DNA of 64,000 nucleotides from positions 132,809 to 196,808 of the forward strand of contig CASDSU010000036.1 in assembly GCA_949283575.1 (NCBI GenBank), given 5' to 3'. Position numbers and translations under genes: made by a program. Positions 55,418 through 64,000 of this stretch are shown here, in pieces (within the stretch, counting starts at the first letter, position 1; each line of letters opens with the position of its first letter). The DNA comes from an uncultured Eubacteriales bacterium. GTDB taxonomy: Bacteria; Bacillota; Clostridia; TANB77; UBA1234. The notes beneath the pieces were generated by a model that saw only the letters and a program-made list of their open reading frames with translations, was not told the DNA's origin and made no database searches.

Positions 55418-56122
55418 ATGGAACAATTTGCGCGAACAGAATTATTGATTGGGAAAGATGGGGGTCAAAAATTAAAAGATTCAAAAGTTGCGATATTTGG
55501 TATTGGTGGAGTGGGATCTTTTGTTTTAGAAGGGCTTGCTCGTGCTGGTGTTGGAAAATTTATTTTAGTAGATAATGATGATGTTTCTGAGACTAATATA
55601 AATAGACAACTCATTGCAACACATAAAACTGTTGGGAAAGCTAAAGTTGAAGTTGCAAAGGAGAGAGTTTTAGAAATTAATCCGAATGCAGAAATCGAAA
55701 TATACAAAGAGTTTTTTATGCCAGAAACAGTTGGAATAATTGATGAAAGTGTTTCGTATATTGTCGATGCAATTGATACCGTTACAGCAAAGCTAGAACT
55801 TGTAGAGAGAGCAAATAAAATGAATATTCCAATAATATCTTCAATGGGAACTGGTAATAAATTAGATCCTACAAGATTTGAAATTACTGATATAAATAAG
55901 ACTTCTGTGTGTCCACTTGCGAAAGTTATGAGGAAAGAATTAAGGCAAAGAGGAATAAAAAAGTTAAAAGTTTTATATTCAAAAGAAGAGCCTGTACAAA
56001 TTGATTATTCAAATTTTGTAAGTGATGATTCTAAGAAAAATCCACCAGCGAGTATATCGTTCGTTCCATCAGTTGCGGGGTTAATAATTGCAGGTGAAGT
56101 AATAAAAGATTTAATAAAATAG
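55418..56122 (+). CDS. tcdA: tRNA threonylcarbamoyladenosine dehydratase (ThiF/E1-like)
   Basis: FGIGGVGS, NINRQ, SSMGTGNKLDP, CPLAKVMR. Confidence 0.9.
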   Translation: MEQFARTELLIGKDGGQKLKDSKVAIFGIGGVGSFVLEGLARAGVGKFILVDNDDVSETNINRQLIATHKTVGKAKVEVAKERVLEINPNAEIEIYKEFFMPETVGIIDESVSYIVDAIDTVTAKLELVERANKMNIPIISSMGTGNKLDPTRFEITDINKTSVCPLAKVMRKELRQRGIKKLKVLYSKEEPVQIDYSNFVSDDSKKNPPASISFVPSVAGLIIAGEVIKDLIK

Positions 56123-56130
56123 GAGTAAAA

Positions 56131-57030
56131 ATGGAGAATAGAAAAGAATCAAAAGAGGTCAGAAGAAACCAGAAACTTACGAGAAGTGAACAAATTGAGA
56201 GAACATTAATTACAGGATACAGAAAAAAGATCTGGAATAGATTTTTAGAAGCAATAAATGAATATCAAATGATTACAGACGGCGATAAAATTGCGGTCTG
56301 TATTTCTGGTGGAAAAGATTCGATGTTACTTGCGAAGTGCTTTCAAGAATTAAAAGCTCATGGAAAGATTAACTTTGAAGTTGAATATTTGGTTATGAAT
56401 CCAGGATATGCAGAGGAAAACAAGCAAAGGATAATAGATAATGCTAACCTTCTTAATATTCCTATAACAATGTTTGAAACGCATGTGTTTGAACATATTG
56501 AAAAAATAGAGAAGCATCCATGCTTTATTTGTGCAAAAATGCGACGTGGACATCTATATAGAAAAGCAAAAGAATTAGGATGTAACAAAATTGCTCTTGG
56601 TCATCATTTCGACGATGTTGTTGAAACAATATTAATCGGACTATTTTATGGAGCACAGTATCAAACAATGATGCCAAAAGTAAAAAGTACATATCATGAA
56701 GGAATGGAATTAATTCGACCATTGTACTTAGTTCGTGAACAAGATATATTAAGTTGGGTGAAAAAGAATGAATTAGAATTTATAAATTGTGCTTGTAAAA
56801 TCACTAAAAAAGAAGTAGGCGACGAAAATGCATCAAAGCGTGCAGAAGTGAAAAAGTTAGTTGCCGAACTAAAGAAAAAATATAAAAATATTGATGTTAA
56901 TATTTTTCGAAGTGCTCAAGGAGTGAGTTTGGACACGGTATTATCATATAAATTGGAAGGTGTAGAACACAATTTTTTAGATGACTATTATACAAGAAAG
57001 AGAAATGTACAAAATAATGAAAATAATTAG
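56131..57030 (+). CDS. ttcA: TtcA-family tRNA thiolation protein
   Basis: SGGKDS, CFIC, LGHHFDD, IRPL. Confidence 0.8.
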   Translation: MENRKESKEVRRNQKLTRSEQIERTLITGYRKKIWNRFLEAINEYQMITDGDKIAVCISGGKDSMLLAKCFQELKAHGKINFEVEYLVMNPGYAEENKQRIIDNANLLNIPITMFETHVFEHIEKIEKHPCFICAKMRRGHLYRKAKELGCNKIALGHHFDDVVETILIGLFYGAQYQTMMPKVKSTYHEGMELIRPLYLVREQDILSWVKKNELEFINCACKITKKEVGDENASKRAEVKKLVAELKKKYKNIDVNIFRSAQGVSLDTVLSYKLEGVEHNFLDDYYTRKRNVQNNENN

Positions 57031-57058
57031 AATAAAATAGACAAACTCCTCATACATA
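57030..57058 (+). promoter_or_regulatory. Sigma-E-type promoter of yabP-yabQ
   Basis: GAATAaa-N14-CATACATA matches the sigma-E consensus. Confidence 0.65.
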
Positions 57059-57086
57059 TAACAGTGTGAGGAGTTGATTTATTATT

Positions 57087-57362
57087 ATGGAAAATTTAAC
57101 TAAGATGCAAAATATTATTATGGAAAATAGGAATAGACTTAATGTGACGGGTGTTGTTGATGTTTTAAATTTTGATGAACAAGTTATTACAGCGGTGACA
57201 GATTTAGGAATTTTAACTATAAAAGGATCTGATTTACATTTGAATCAGTTTAGTTTAGATACTACTGAGCTTAGTATAGAAGGTGATATAAATTCTCTTC
57301 AATATAGCGATAAACATGCAGGAAAAAAGGGAGAAACTTTATTTGGCAAGATTTTTAAGTAG
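57087..57362 (+). CDS. yabP: Sporulation protein YabP
   Basis: ENRNRLNVTGVVDVLNFDE, LGILTIKG. Confidence 0.93.
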   Translation: MENLTKMQNIIMENRNRLNVTGVVDVLNFDEQVITAVTDLGILTIKGSDLHLNQFSLDTTELSIEGDINSLQYSDKHAGKKGETLFGKIFK

Positions 57363-57372
57363 GAGGCAAAAT

Positions 57373-57759
57373 ATGATACAAAATCAGACGTATGTATTTT
57401 TATGGAGTGTTGTTATTGGTGCATTTCTTGCCTTGGTTTTTGATTTTTTCAGAATTTTACGAAGAAAAGGTAAGACCCCAAATTATATTGTATATATCCA
57501 AGATATAATTTATTGGATTATAGTAACTCTTATTATAATAACGAGCGCATTTATAACGAATGACGGTGAACTAAGAGGATATATGTTTATTGGTTATATA
57601 CTTGGTGCTGTTATATACATAGTTTCAATAAGTAAATTTATTTTGAAAATTTCAAATATTATTTTAGATTTTATAGAAACGAGATTTAAAAGGTTTTGGA
57701 CTTTTTGTGTGAAAATAGTAAAAAAAATGAATATAAAAAAGGAAAATGTTAATTTTTAG
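57373..57759 (+). CDS. yabQ: Spore cortex biosynthesis protein YabQ
   Basis: FDFFRILR, QDIIYW, NDGELRGY; start from AGGAGG RBS. Confidence 0.9.
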   Translation: MIQNQTYVFLWSVVIGAFLALVFDFFRILRRKGKTPNYIVYIQDIIYWIIVTLIIITSAFITNDGELRGYMFIGYILGAVIYIVSISKFILKISNIILDFIETRFKRFWTFCVKIVKKMNIKKENVNF

Positions 57760-57786
57760 CAGGATTTTTTTAAAAAATGTAGAAAT
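57759..57786 (+). promoter_or_regulatory. Sigma-H-like promoter of divIC
   Basis: GCAGGA-N17-GAAA. Confidence 0.5.
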
Positions 57787-57835
57787 ACATATATTAGAGG
57801 TTTTTATTATACTAAAGAGAAGGATTGATTAGTGA

Positions 57836-58114
57836 ATGAAGGATTTTTTACATAAATTATTTTCTACTTTGATGATTGCTGCTATGGTTTTTTATCTTGG
57901 AGGAGTACTTATAAAACAAGAAAAAGAGCTTAGAACAATAGAAAATGAAAAGAAGCAATATCAAGCTTTGCTTGATGAAGCAAATATGAAGACTGAAGAA
58001 TTGAAACAAGTAAAAAGTAGAATTAATACTGATGAATATATAGAAGAATATGCTAGAGAAAAGTTGGGGCTTGTAATGCCATATGAGATAATATTTATGG
58101 ATGCGAGCATATAA
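57836..58114 (+). CDS. divIC: Septum formation initiator (DivIC/FtsB family)
   Basis: TM, coiled coil, YIEEYAREKLGLV; synteny with yabPQ. Confidence 0.88.
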   Translation: MKDFLHKLFSTLMIAAMVFYLGGVLIKQEKELRTIENEKKQYQALLDEANMKTEELKQVKSRINTDEYIEEYAREKLGLVMPYEIIFMDASI

Positions 58115-58281
58115 ATATAGATACGATTTTAAGTACATTTTAGTAATTGAAAAGTATATACTAAGATGTATTTTTTTTGTTTGATTTTAACGTTTGACAA
58201 AAAATATGTGAAATAGTATAATTCCGCTTTGTAAAGGGAGGATTTTGGAGGAAGAACACTTAAGAATTTTAGTGGAGGTGC

Positions 58282-59451
58282 ATGAAGGTGACTATACTTT
58301 CGCATAAGGAAAGCCGGGACATAGCTAGAACTGTAGAAAAGTTCGATGTTGGTGTAGGCATGATTGATTTGATTGAAGTTTTCGGAGACGGACGAATTAA
58401 TCATACTTACAAAGTTACGCTAAGAGATGGGTTGAAACGCGATGAGTATTTGCTGCAATCCATCAATACATTCGTTTTTCAAGATGCTAGGGCGCTGATG
58501 AAAAATTTGGTTGCTGTAACCGAATACATCAACAAGAATGCACAGCGTTCCATTGAATACATCAGATGTAAACAGGAAGGAAGCGATGAGGTTTCCTATG
58601 TATACATGAGCGAAGACGGAAAAGCATGGAGAATGTATCATTACATAGATGCTGATGTGTATCAGTGTATTGTGCATCCTTATCATGCATATATGCTTGG
58701 TCAAGCAATTGCAGATTTTTCTAAGTCGCTTAGCACATTTGATGCCAATTCTCTTGTAGAGATAATTCCTGATTTTCACAATACGCCCAAGCGTTTCAAT
58801 GATTTTTTACTTTCTGTAACTGAAGATGTAATTTCTGGTGAATGCAGAAGTAAAAATGATGACGAAACTGTGCGGCAGATTAAATTTGTCTTGGAGAGAA
58901 AAGACAAATTTGGAATTCTTGTTGAGAATCAGAAGACGGGTGCATTGCCTGTAAGAGTTACTCATAATGACCCAAAGATTTCTAATGTACTTGTTGACAA
59001 AAAGACGAATTTGCCGATTTGCATGATTGATTTGGATACATGCATGCCGGGGACAATCCTGTATGACGTTGGCGATGCGCTTCGTTCTATTGCGAATACT
59101 GCATCAGAAGACGAAAAGGATGTCACAATTGTTGATTTTTCGCTCGACATTTTTGAATCATTTGTTCGAGGTTTTCTTAGGGGGATGAGTGGCCTTCTCA
59201 CAGACGAAGAGATTGAGCTTATTCCTTATTCTGTGTGGGTTCTTGCAATGGAATTGGGAATGAGGTTCCTGAAAGATCACATCGATGGTAACAAGTACTT
59301 CAAAACGCAGTATGATGGACAGAATCTGGAGCGATCTAAGATTCAGTTTAGGCTTGCTGAGGTGATTGAAGAAAAAATCAATAGTGATGTGCTTTCAGGT
59401 ATTGTACAGAATATTGTAGATGAAATGCAAAGGAGCAGGAAATCTATATAA
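58282..59451 (+). CDS. Aminoglycoside-phosphotransferase-family / N-acetylhexosamine 1-kinase-like protein, moderately GC-shifted
   Basis: GRINHTY, LLQSIN, IPDFHNTPKR, THNDPKISN, IDLDT, YDVGD; own TTGACA-N17-TATAAT promoter (58194-58222). Confidence 0.85.
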   Translation: MKVTILSHKESRDIARTVEKFDVGVGMIDLIEVFGDGRINHTYKVTLRDGLKRDEYLLQSINTFVFQDARALMKNLVAVTEYINKNAQRSIEYIRCKQEGSDEVSYVYMSEDGKAWRMYHYIDADVYQCIVHPYHAYMLGQAIADFSKSLSTFDANSLVEIIPDFHNTPKRFNDFLLSVTEDVISGECRSKNDDETVRQIKFVLERKDKFGILVENQKTGALPVRVTHNDPKISNVLVDKKTNLPICMIDLDTCMPGTILYDVGDALRSIANTASEDEKDVTIVDFSLDIFESFVRGFLRGMSGLLTDEEIELIPYSVWVLAMELGMRFLKDHIDGNKYFKTQYDGQNLERSKIQFRLAEVIEEKINSDVLSGIVQNIVDEMQRSRKSI

Positions 59452-59460
59452 GCACAAATA

Positions 59461-59492
59461 AAAGAGGTACGAGAATTCGTGCCTCTTTTGTT
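59461..59492 (+). terminator. Intrinsic terminator
   Basis: aaagaggtacga-gaa-ttcgtgcctcttt. Confidence 0.75.
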
Positions 59493-59575
59493 TTTTATTG
59501 ACTATAAGCCAGTTTTAGGGTAAAATATACGAGTTAGAAAGCGGTGGACGAAAGTCCCCAAAGGAGGAAATTTTT

Positions 59576-59992
59576 ATGTCAGTCCAAGTGGGCGAAGTTC
59601 TAGAAGGTAAAGTTACTGACATTATGAACTATGGTGTTTTTGTAAAATTAAATGATGGAAAGATTGGTCTTGTTCATATTTCAGAAGTTTCTAGAGATTA
59701 TGTTGAAGATATACATTCAGTACTAAAATCAGGTGATGACGTTAAAGTAAAGGTCATTTCGATGGATGAAAAAGGAAAGATGGGGCTTTCAATAAAAAAG
59801 GCATTACCGATGCCAGAAAGAAAGAATAAAGAACAAAGAAATAATAAAAGAGAAAAAGAAGAAAATACAGATGAAACGCCAGAAAGTAAGTTAGATAATA
59901 TGCTATCTAAATTCCTAAAAGATAGTGATGAAAAGCAGTTATATTTAAAGAAAAATTTTGAATCAAAGAGAGGATATTCAAAAAGACGTTAG
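59576..59992 (+). CDS. yabR: S1 RNA-binding domain protein (YabR-like)
   Basis: GLVHISEV S1 motif, KFLKDSDEK; synteny after divIC. Confidence 0.85.
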   Translation: MSVQVGEVLEGKVTDIMNYGVFVKLNDGKIGLVHISEVSRDYVEDIHSVLKSGDDVKVKVISMDEKGKMGLSIKKALPMPERKNKEQRNNKREKEENTDETPESKLDNMLSKFLKDSDEKQLYLKKNFESKRGYSKRR

Positions 59993-60009
59993 AATCTAAA
60001 ACAAACTTT

Positions 60010-60103
60010 CTCATAGAAGTTTTTGCATATATGTGGAATTTTTTGGACAAAGGGGACTTTTCTTTTGTCCCCAAAAATCTACTTAAATGCAAAACATCTA
60101 TGA
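60010..60103. repeat. ~94-nt imperfect hairpin with GGACAA/TTGTCC inner arms and GGGAC loop
   Basis: ctcataga/tctatgag, ttttgcat/atgcaaaa, ggacaaag/ttttgtcc nested pairs. Confidence 0.7.
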
Positions 60104-60191
60104 GGTGATGCAAAACCTAATGCATTATCGGTTCTCGAAAGTTTTTTATCATGAATTTTTATTATAATAAAAAAGAAAAGGAGCAAAGATT

Positions 60192-61532
60192 ATGGGGGAA
60201 GAGTTAAAAACACTGTCACTTCTTAATTTGCGTGACCTTGCTAAGGCTAAAGGACTAAAGAATGTTAGCAAATTAAATAAAGAAGAATTAGTTAATGCTA
60301 TATTAGAGGCTAGTGGAATTAAAGAAAAAGAGATTGATAGTTCTGAAGAAAGAGGAATTGTTGAAAATAAAGATGTAGAAGTAAAAAAGGAAGATAGAGA
60401 TGAGATAAAACCAAACAGTAAAGATGACTTTGTTGTTGAAGGGGTTCTTGAGGTTTTGCCAGATGGTTTTGGATTTTTAAGAGGTGAAAATTATTTATCA
60501 ACACCAAAAGATGTTTATGTTTCACCAGTTCAAATAAGAAGATTTAGATTAGATACTGGAGATAAAGTTAAGGGAATAAGTAGACTTCCAAAAGAAGGTG
60601 AGAGATTTCCTGCATTAATCTATGTAAATACAGTTAATGGAGATTCACCTGATGTTGCAATGAAAAGGAAGAATTTTGATGATTTAACACCAATATTTCC
60701 AAATAGAAGAATTCATTTAGAAACAACACCTACAGAGTATGCTAATAGAATTATTGATTTGATGGCTCCAATTGGATTTGGACAAAGGGGAATGATTGTT
60801 TCTCCACCAAAGGTTGGTAAAACTACACTTTTAAAGAAACTTGCGAATAGCATAACAGAGAATCATCCAAATGCAGAGCTTATTGTTTTATTAATAGACG
60901 AGAGACCAGAGGAAGTTACAGATATGAAACGTTCTATTAAAGGTGATGTTATATATTCAACTTTCGATGAACTTCCTGAACATCATGTAAAGGTTGCAGA
61001 AATAGTTCTTGAAAGAGCAAAGCGTTTGGTTGAACATAAAAAAGATGTTGTAGTACTACTTGATAGTATAACAAGGCTTGCAAGGGCTTATAACTTAGTT
61101 ATTCCTTCATCAGGTAGAACTTTATCAGGTGGATTTGATCCTGCAGCGCTTCATAAACCAAAGAGATTTTTTGGTGCGGCTAGAAATATAGAAGAAGGTG
61201 GTAGCTTAACAATACTTGCTACAGGGCTTGTTGAAACGGGAAGTAGAATGGATGAAGTTATTTTTGAAGAATTCAAAGGCACAGGAAATATGGAAGTTCA
61301 TTTAGATAGAAAACTATCTGAAAAGAGAATTTTCCCTGCGATTGATATAAATAAATCTGGAACACGAAGAGAAGAATTATTACAAAACCAAAAAGAGTTA
61401 GAAGTTGTTTGGAAGATAAGAAAACATTTGAACGAAGGTAATGCAGTGGCTGTTACAGAAAATCTTATAAAACTTGTTACGTCAACAAAAACAAACGATG
61501 AGTTAGTAGAAAAATTTAAAATTGACAAGTAA
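60192..61532 (+). CDS. rho: Transcription termination factor Rho
   Basis: [47 protein letters not shown]. Confidence 0.97.
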   Translation: MGEELKTLSLLNLRDLAKAKGLKNVSKLNKEELVNAILEASGIKEKEIDSSEERGIVENKDVEVKKEDRDEIKPNSKDDFVVEGVLEVLPDGFGFLRGENYLSTPKDVYVSPVQIRRFRLDTGDKVKGISRLPKEGERFPALIYVNTVNGDSPDVAMKRKNFDDLTPIFPNRRIHLETTPTEYANRIIDLMAPIGFGQRGMIVSPPKVGKTTLLKKLANSITENHPNAELIVLLIDERPEEVTDMKRSIKGDVIYSTFDELPEHHVKVAEIVLERAKRLVEHKKDVVVLLDSITRLARAYNLVIPSSGRTLSGGFDPAALHKPKRFFGAARNIEEGGSLTILATGLVETGSRMDEVIFEEFKGTGNMEVHLDRKLSEKRIFPAIDINKSGTRREELLQNQKELEVVWKIRKHLNEGNAVAVTENLIKLVTSTKTNDELVEKFKIDK

Positions 61533-61616
61533 AGAAAGTTATAGATATAATTGCTTCATAGGGGATGGTATTTGATATTTCTAAACGACCGAATTAACTT
61601 TTAAGGAGGTAATGTC

Positions 61617-62468
61617 ATGGGACGCAATGCAAAGGATTTCTCGCGGTATGATGTGAAAAATATTGCTCTTGAATATGCGTCTTCTGAAGATGAAGTTTCA
61701 GCTTCGTATTTCTGTGAGACGTATAATATCACAGAAGGTGTTTTTTACAGCATCATTAAACGTGCGGTTGTTGAATCGATTGTGAATGAAGAAACCGCTC
61801 ATGTCATCGCGAAGAAAGCTTCGAGAAACTCAGCTGCGCGTGGTGGTGAGGGTGGCAGAATCAGATCGGTTTATAAGCATGAACGTCTGATGCGTGAACG
61901 TAAAAAGTTCGAATTCACAATCAAAGAAAAGATTTGGTATGCAACGCAGTATGCTAAATCTCCTTCGTATGTTGATGTTAAGACCTTCATAGTTCAACAT
62001 TCTATGACGAGAGAACTCTTTGATCGGACGGTTCGCAGTGCTATTGTTGATGGTCATGTATCCGATATTGTTGCTAGGGAGCTCTTCGGAAAAGCCCTTC
62101 AACATAACAAAGAGGAAAGGGTTAGGCCTTTTTTCGATGGTTTGTTTGCAGAAAGACAGACCAATATGAAGGCTAAGAAAGAGCATGAGCGGCAAATTCG
62201 TGTGAAAAGTCGCGAACGCTCTAAAGAGAGAAAAGAGAAACAGCTGATGGAGGATGATGAAGAAATGGCAAGACAAAAGCATCAGGAATTCATTCAGCTT
62301 GGGATACAAGATTTTGGTATCCCGGACGAAATGGAAGAGCAGCTTGACTCGCTCAATATGAAAAATCTAGAGGTAGAAGATGTCGAACCTCTGTGCTATG
62401 AAACGTTTGATGAAGATGAGGATGTTTCTGAGAATGTTTTGGGCGAACAGTTGTCTTTTCTTGAGTAA
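61617..62468 (+). CDS. Orphan 283-aa protein with an internal two-fold repeat and C-terminal QLSF motif, GC-shifted
   Basis: TAAGGAGGT RBS, TTGACA-N18-TATAAT promoter (61522-61551), own terminator. Confidence 0.78.
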   Translation: MGRNAKDFSRYDVKNIALEYASSEDEVSASYFCETYNITEGVFYSIIKRAVVESIVNEETAHVIAKKASRNSAARGGEGGRIRSVYKHERLMRERKKFEFTIKEKIWYATQYAKSPSYVDVKTFIVQHSMTRELFDRTVRSAIVDGHVSDIVARELFGKALQHNKEERVRPFFDGLFAERQTNMKAKKEHERQIRVKSRERSKERKEKQLMEDDEEMARQKHQEFIQLGIQDFGIPDEMEEQLDSLNMKNLEVEDVEPLCYETFDEDEDVSENVLGEQLSFLE

Positions 62469-62495
62469 CTAAAATTGGTAATTACAAAAAATGGA

Positions 62496-62528
62496 AAAGC
62501 GGATGTGACTTGTTGCATCCGTTTTTTA
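62496..62528 (+). terminator. Intrinsic terminator
   Basis: agcggatgtg...tgcatccgtt followed by T-run. Confidence 0.7.
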
Positions 62529-62653
62529 TTAACTTGAAATTTTGGCATAAATTGTATTGCAAATACAATTTAAATATGCTATCATATATGAGCGTGAGCT
62601 AGTTTAGATAATAATTAATATACATATGCAGTAATAAAAGAGAGGTGAAATCA

Positions 62654-62857
62654 ATGAAACAAGGAATACATCCAGAATACAAAGAAGCTACAATCAAATG
62701 CGGTTGCGGAAACGTAATCACAGTAGGTTCAACAAAAGAGAGCATGTCAGTCGAGGTTTGTTCAAAATGTCATCCATTCTATACTGGTAACCAAAAATAC
62801 CAAGCTTCAGGTGGAAGAATTGAGCAATTCAAGAAGAAATATGGTATTAAAGACTAA
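62654..62857 (+). CDS. rpmE: 50S ribosomal protein L31 (zinc-binding type)
   Basis: [23 protein letters not shown]. Confidence 0.97.
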   Translation: MKQGIHPEYKEATIKCGCGNVITVGSTKESMSVEVCSKCHPFYTGNQKYQASGGRIEQFKKKYGIKD

Positions 62858-62882
62858 TCTCTTGAATCTAATAAAGAGTATG

Positions 62883-62912
62883 AGCAGGGCGGGAAAGTGT
62901 CCTGCTTTTTTT
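62883..62912 (+). terminator. Intrinsic terminator after rpmE
   Basis: agcagggc...gtcctgct followed by T-run. Confidence 0.75.
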
Positions 62913-62972
62913 CTATGTTCTATTGTGCATTTTTAAATGATTATTATATAATACCAAATGAGGTGAAAAAAG

Positions 62973-63926
62973 ATGAGTGAGAAAAAGATGACATCAATAG
63001 GTGGTCAAGCGGTTCTTGAAGGTGTAATGATGCGCGGACCACATAAAATGGCGATTGCAGTTAGAAAACCAGATGGTGAAATAGTAATGGACGAAAAAGA
63101 AGTGAAGAAACATCCGATAGTAGGAAAATTACCTTTAGTTAGAGGGGTGTTTTCATTTTTTAGTTCTTTAATAATAGGTGTTCAAGCAATAACATTTTCG
63201 GCAAAATTTTTTGGCGAAGAAGATGCAAGTCAAAAAGCGGATAATGTTGAAGAGAGTAAGAAAAAAGATAATAAAAAGTCAAAAGAAACTAAAGATGGTG
63301 AGCTTCCTATGTGGGCAATTATCGTGTCAGTTGTTGCTGCGCTTGCACTTAGTATAGGTTTATTTGTAGTTCTTCCTAATTTTTTATCAAATGTTATAGT
63401 TGAAGATAAAGCTAATAATGTGGTTGGATATAATATTTTTGAAAGTATGTTGAAGATAAGTATATTTATTGCATATCTTGCTGGTGTTTCAGAGCTTAAT
63501 GATATGAAGAGGGTTTTTGAATATCATGGTGCAGAGCATAAAACTATTTTTTGTTATGAAAATGGTGAAGAATTAACAGTTGAAAATGTAAAAAAATATA
63601 GTAGATTCCATCCAAGATGCGGAACAAGTTTTTTGTTATTTGTCGTAATTATTAGTATTATTGTTCATATGTTTTTAGGTGTTTATGAAAATGGTTGGAT
63701 TAACATGGGATTACGTTTGCTATGTTTGCCACTTATTGCAGGTATTTCTTATGAAATAATAAAGTTTGCAGGAAGAAGTAAAAGTAAATGTGTGACATGG
63801 CTTAATGCTCCGGGTAAATGGCTTCAAAGATTTACTACGAGAGAACCTGATGATAAACAAATTGAGGTAGCTATTGCATCGCTAAAGGCTGTAATACCAG
63901 AAAATTCTGAAGATGATAAATGGTAA
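62973..63926 (+). CDS. DUF1385 (YqhQ-like) membrane protein
   Basis: IGGQAVLEGVMMR, FEYHGAEHK, HPRCGTSF, TTREP. Confidence 0.93.
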   Translation: MSEKKMTSIGGQAVLEGVMMRGPHKMAIAVRKPDGEIVMDEKEVKKHPIVGKLPLVRGVFSFFSSLIIGVQAITFSAKFFGEEDASQKADNVEESKKKDNKKSKETKDGELPMWAIIVSVVAALALSIGLFVVLPNFLSNVIVEDKANNVVGYNIFESMLKISIFIAYLAGVSELNDMKRVFEYHGAEHKTIFCYENGEELTVENVKKYSRFHPRCGTSFLLFVVIISIIVHMFLGVYENGWINMGLRLLCLPLIAGISYEIIKFAGRSKSKCVTWLNAPGKWLQRFTTREPDDKQIEVAIASLKAVIPENSEDDKW

Positions 63927-63944
63927 TAAATGAGGTTGATTAAA

Positions 63945-64000
63945 ATGTTAACAAAAGATGCTTTAAAATATGGGCGTGAGACGCTTAAAGAAAATAACAT
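63945..64000 (+). CDS. prmC: Probable release-factor glutamine methyltransferase PrmC, N-terminus (truncated by window edge)
   Basis: GAGG RBS, MLTKDALKYGRETLKENN...; assigned mainly from rpmE-DUF1385-prmC synteny. Confidence 0.5.
   Translation, partial: MLTKDALKYGRETLKENN

Noticed and set aside
60085-60140. GCAAAAC...GATGCAAAACC...GGTT resembling a c-di-GMP-I riboswitch before rho
   Set aside because: No GNRA loop/receptor or closing helix; the first half is explained as the right arm of the 60010-60103 hairpin.
62585-62653. Possible L31 ribosomal leader RNA
   Set aside because: Plausible by position, but I cannot verify the consensus or structure from the sequence alone.

Overview
64-kb core-genome segment of a low-GC (~30% by eye), spore-forming Clostridia-type bacterium. 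The streamlined gene order suggests an uncultured reduced-genome gut lineage (inference). Content is mostly housekeeping (greA, lysS, tsaD, tig-clpP-clpX, gdpP-rplI-dnaB, tilS-ftsH, serS and valS with T-boxes, mfd, recN, rho, rpmE) plus sporulation genes (spoIVB, spoIIAA-spoIIAB-sigF, yabP-yabQ-divIC). I found no tRNA, rRNA, CRISPR array, integrase or transposase. Main discovery: in a manual scan of the native AT-rich genes I found only three in-frame CGG codons (in sigF, recN and an M50 peptidase), and each sits where the reading frame moves +1 (NNT-C-GGN, read on as Gly). Homology requires the shift in sigF and recN; in the peptidase it is only plausible. This points to CGG-triggered +1 ribosomal frameshifting as a lineage-level recoding rule. 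A second signal is a set of solitary GC-richer orphan genes with native-style promoters and foreign codon usage, in which CGG is used as an ordinary codon. Also present: a dispersed family of variable-arm hairpins with a GGACGT core, SG[D/E]-motif enrichment in exported proteins, a mosaic pseudogenised prsA-like duplicate, and RBS-masking hairpins over sporulation promoters.
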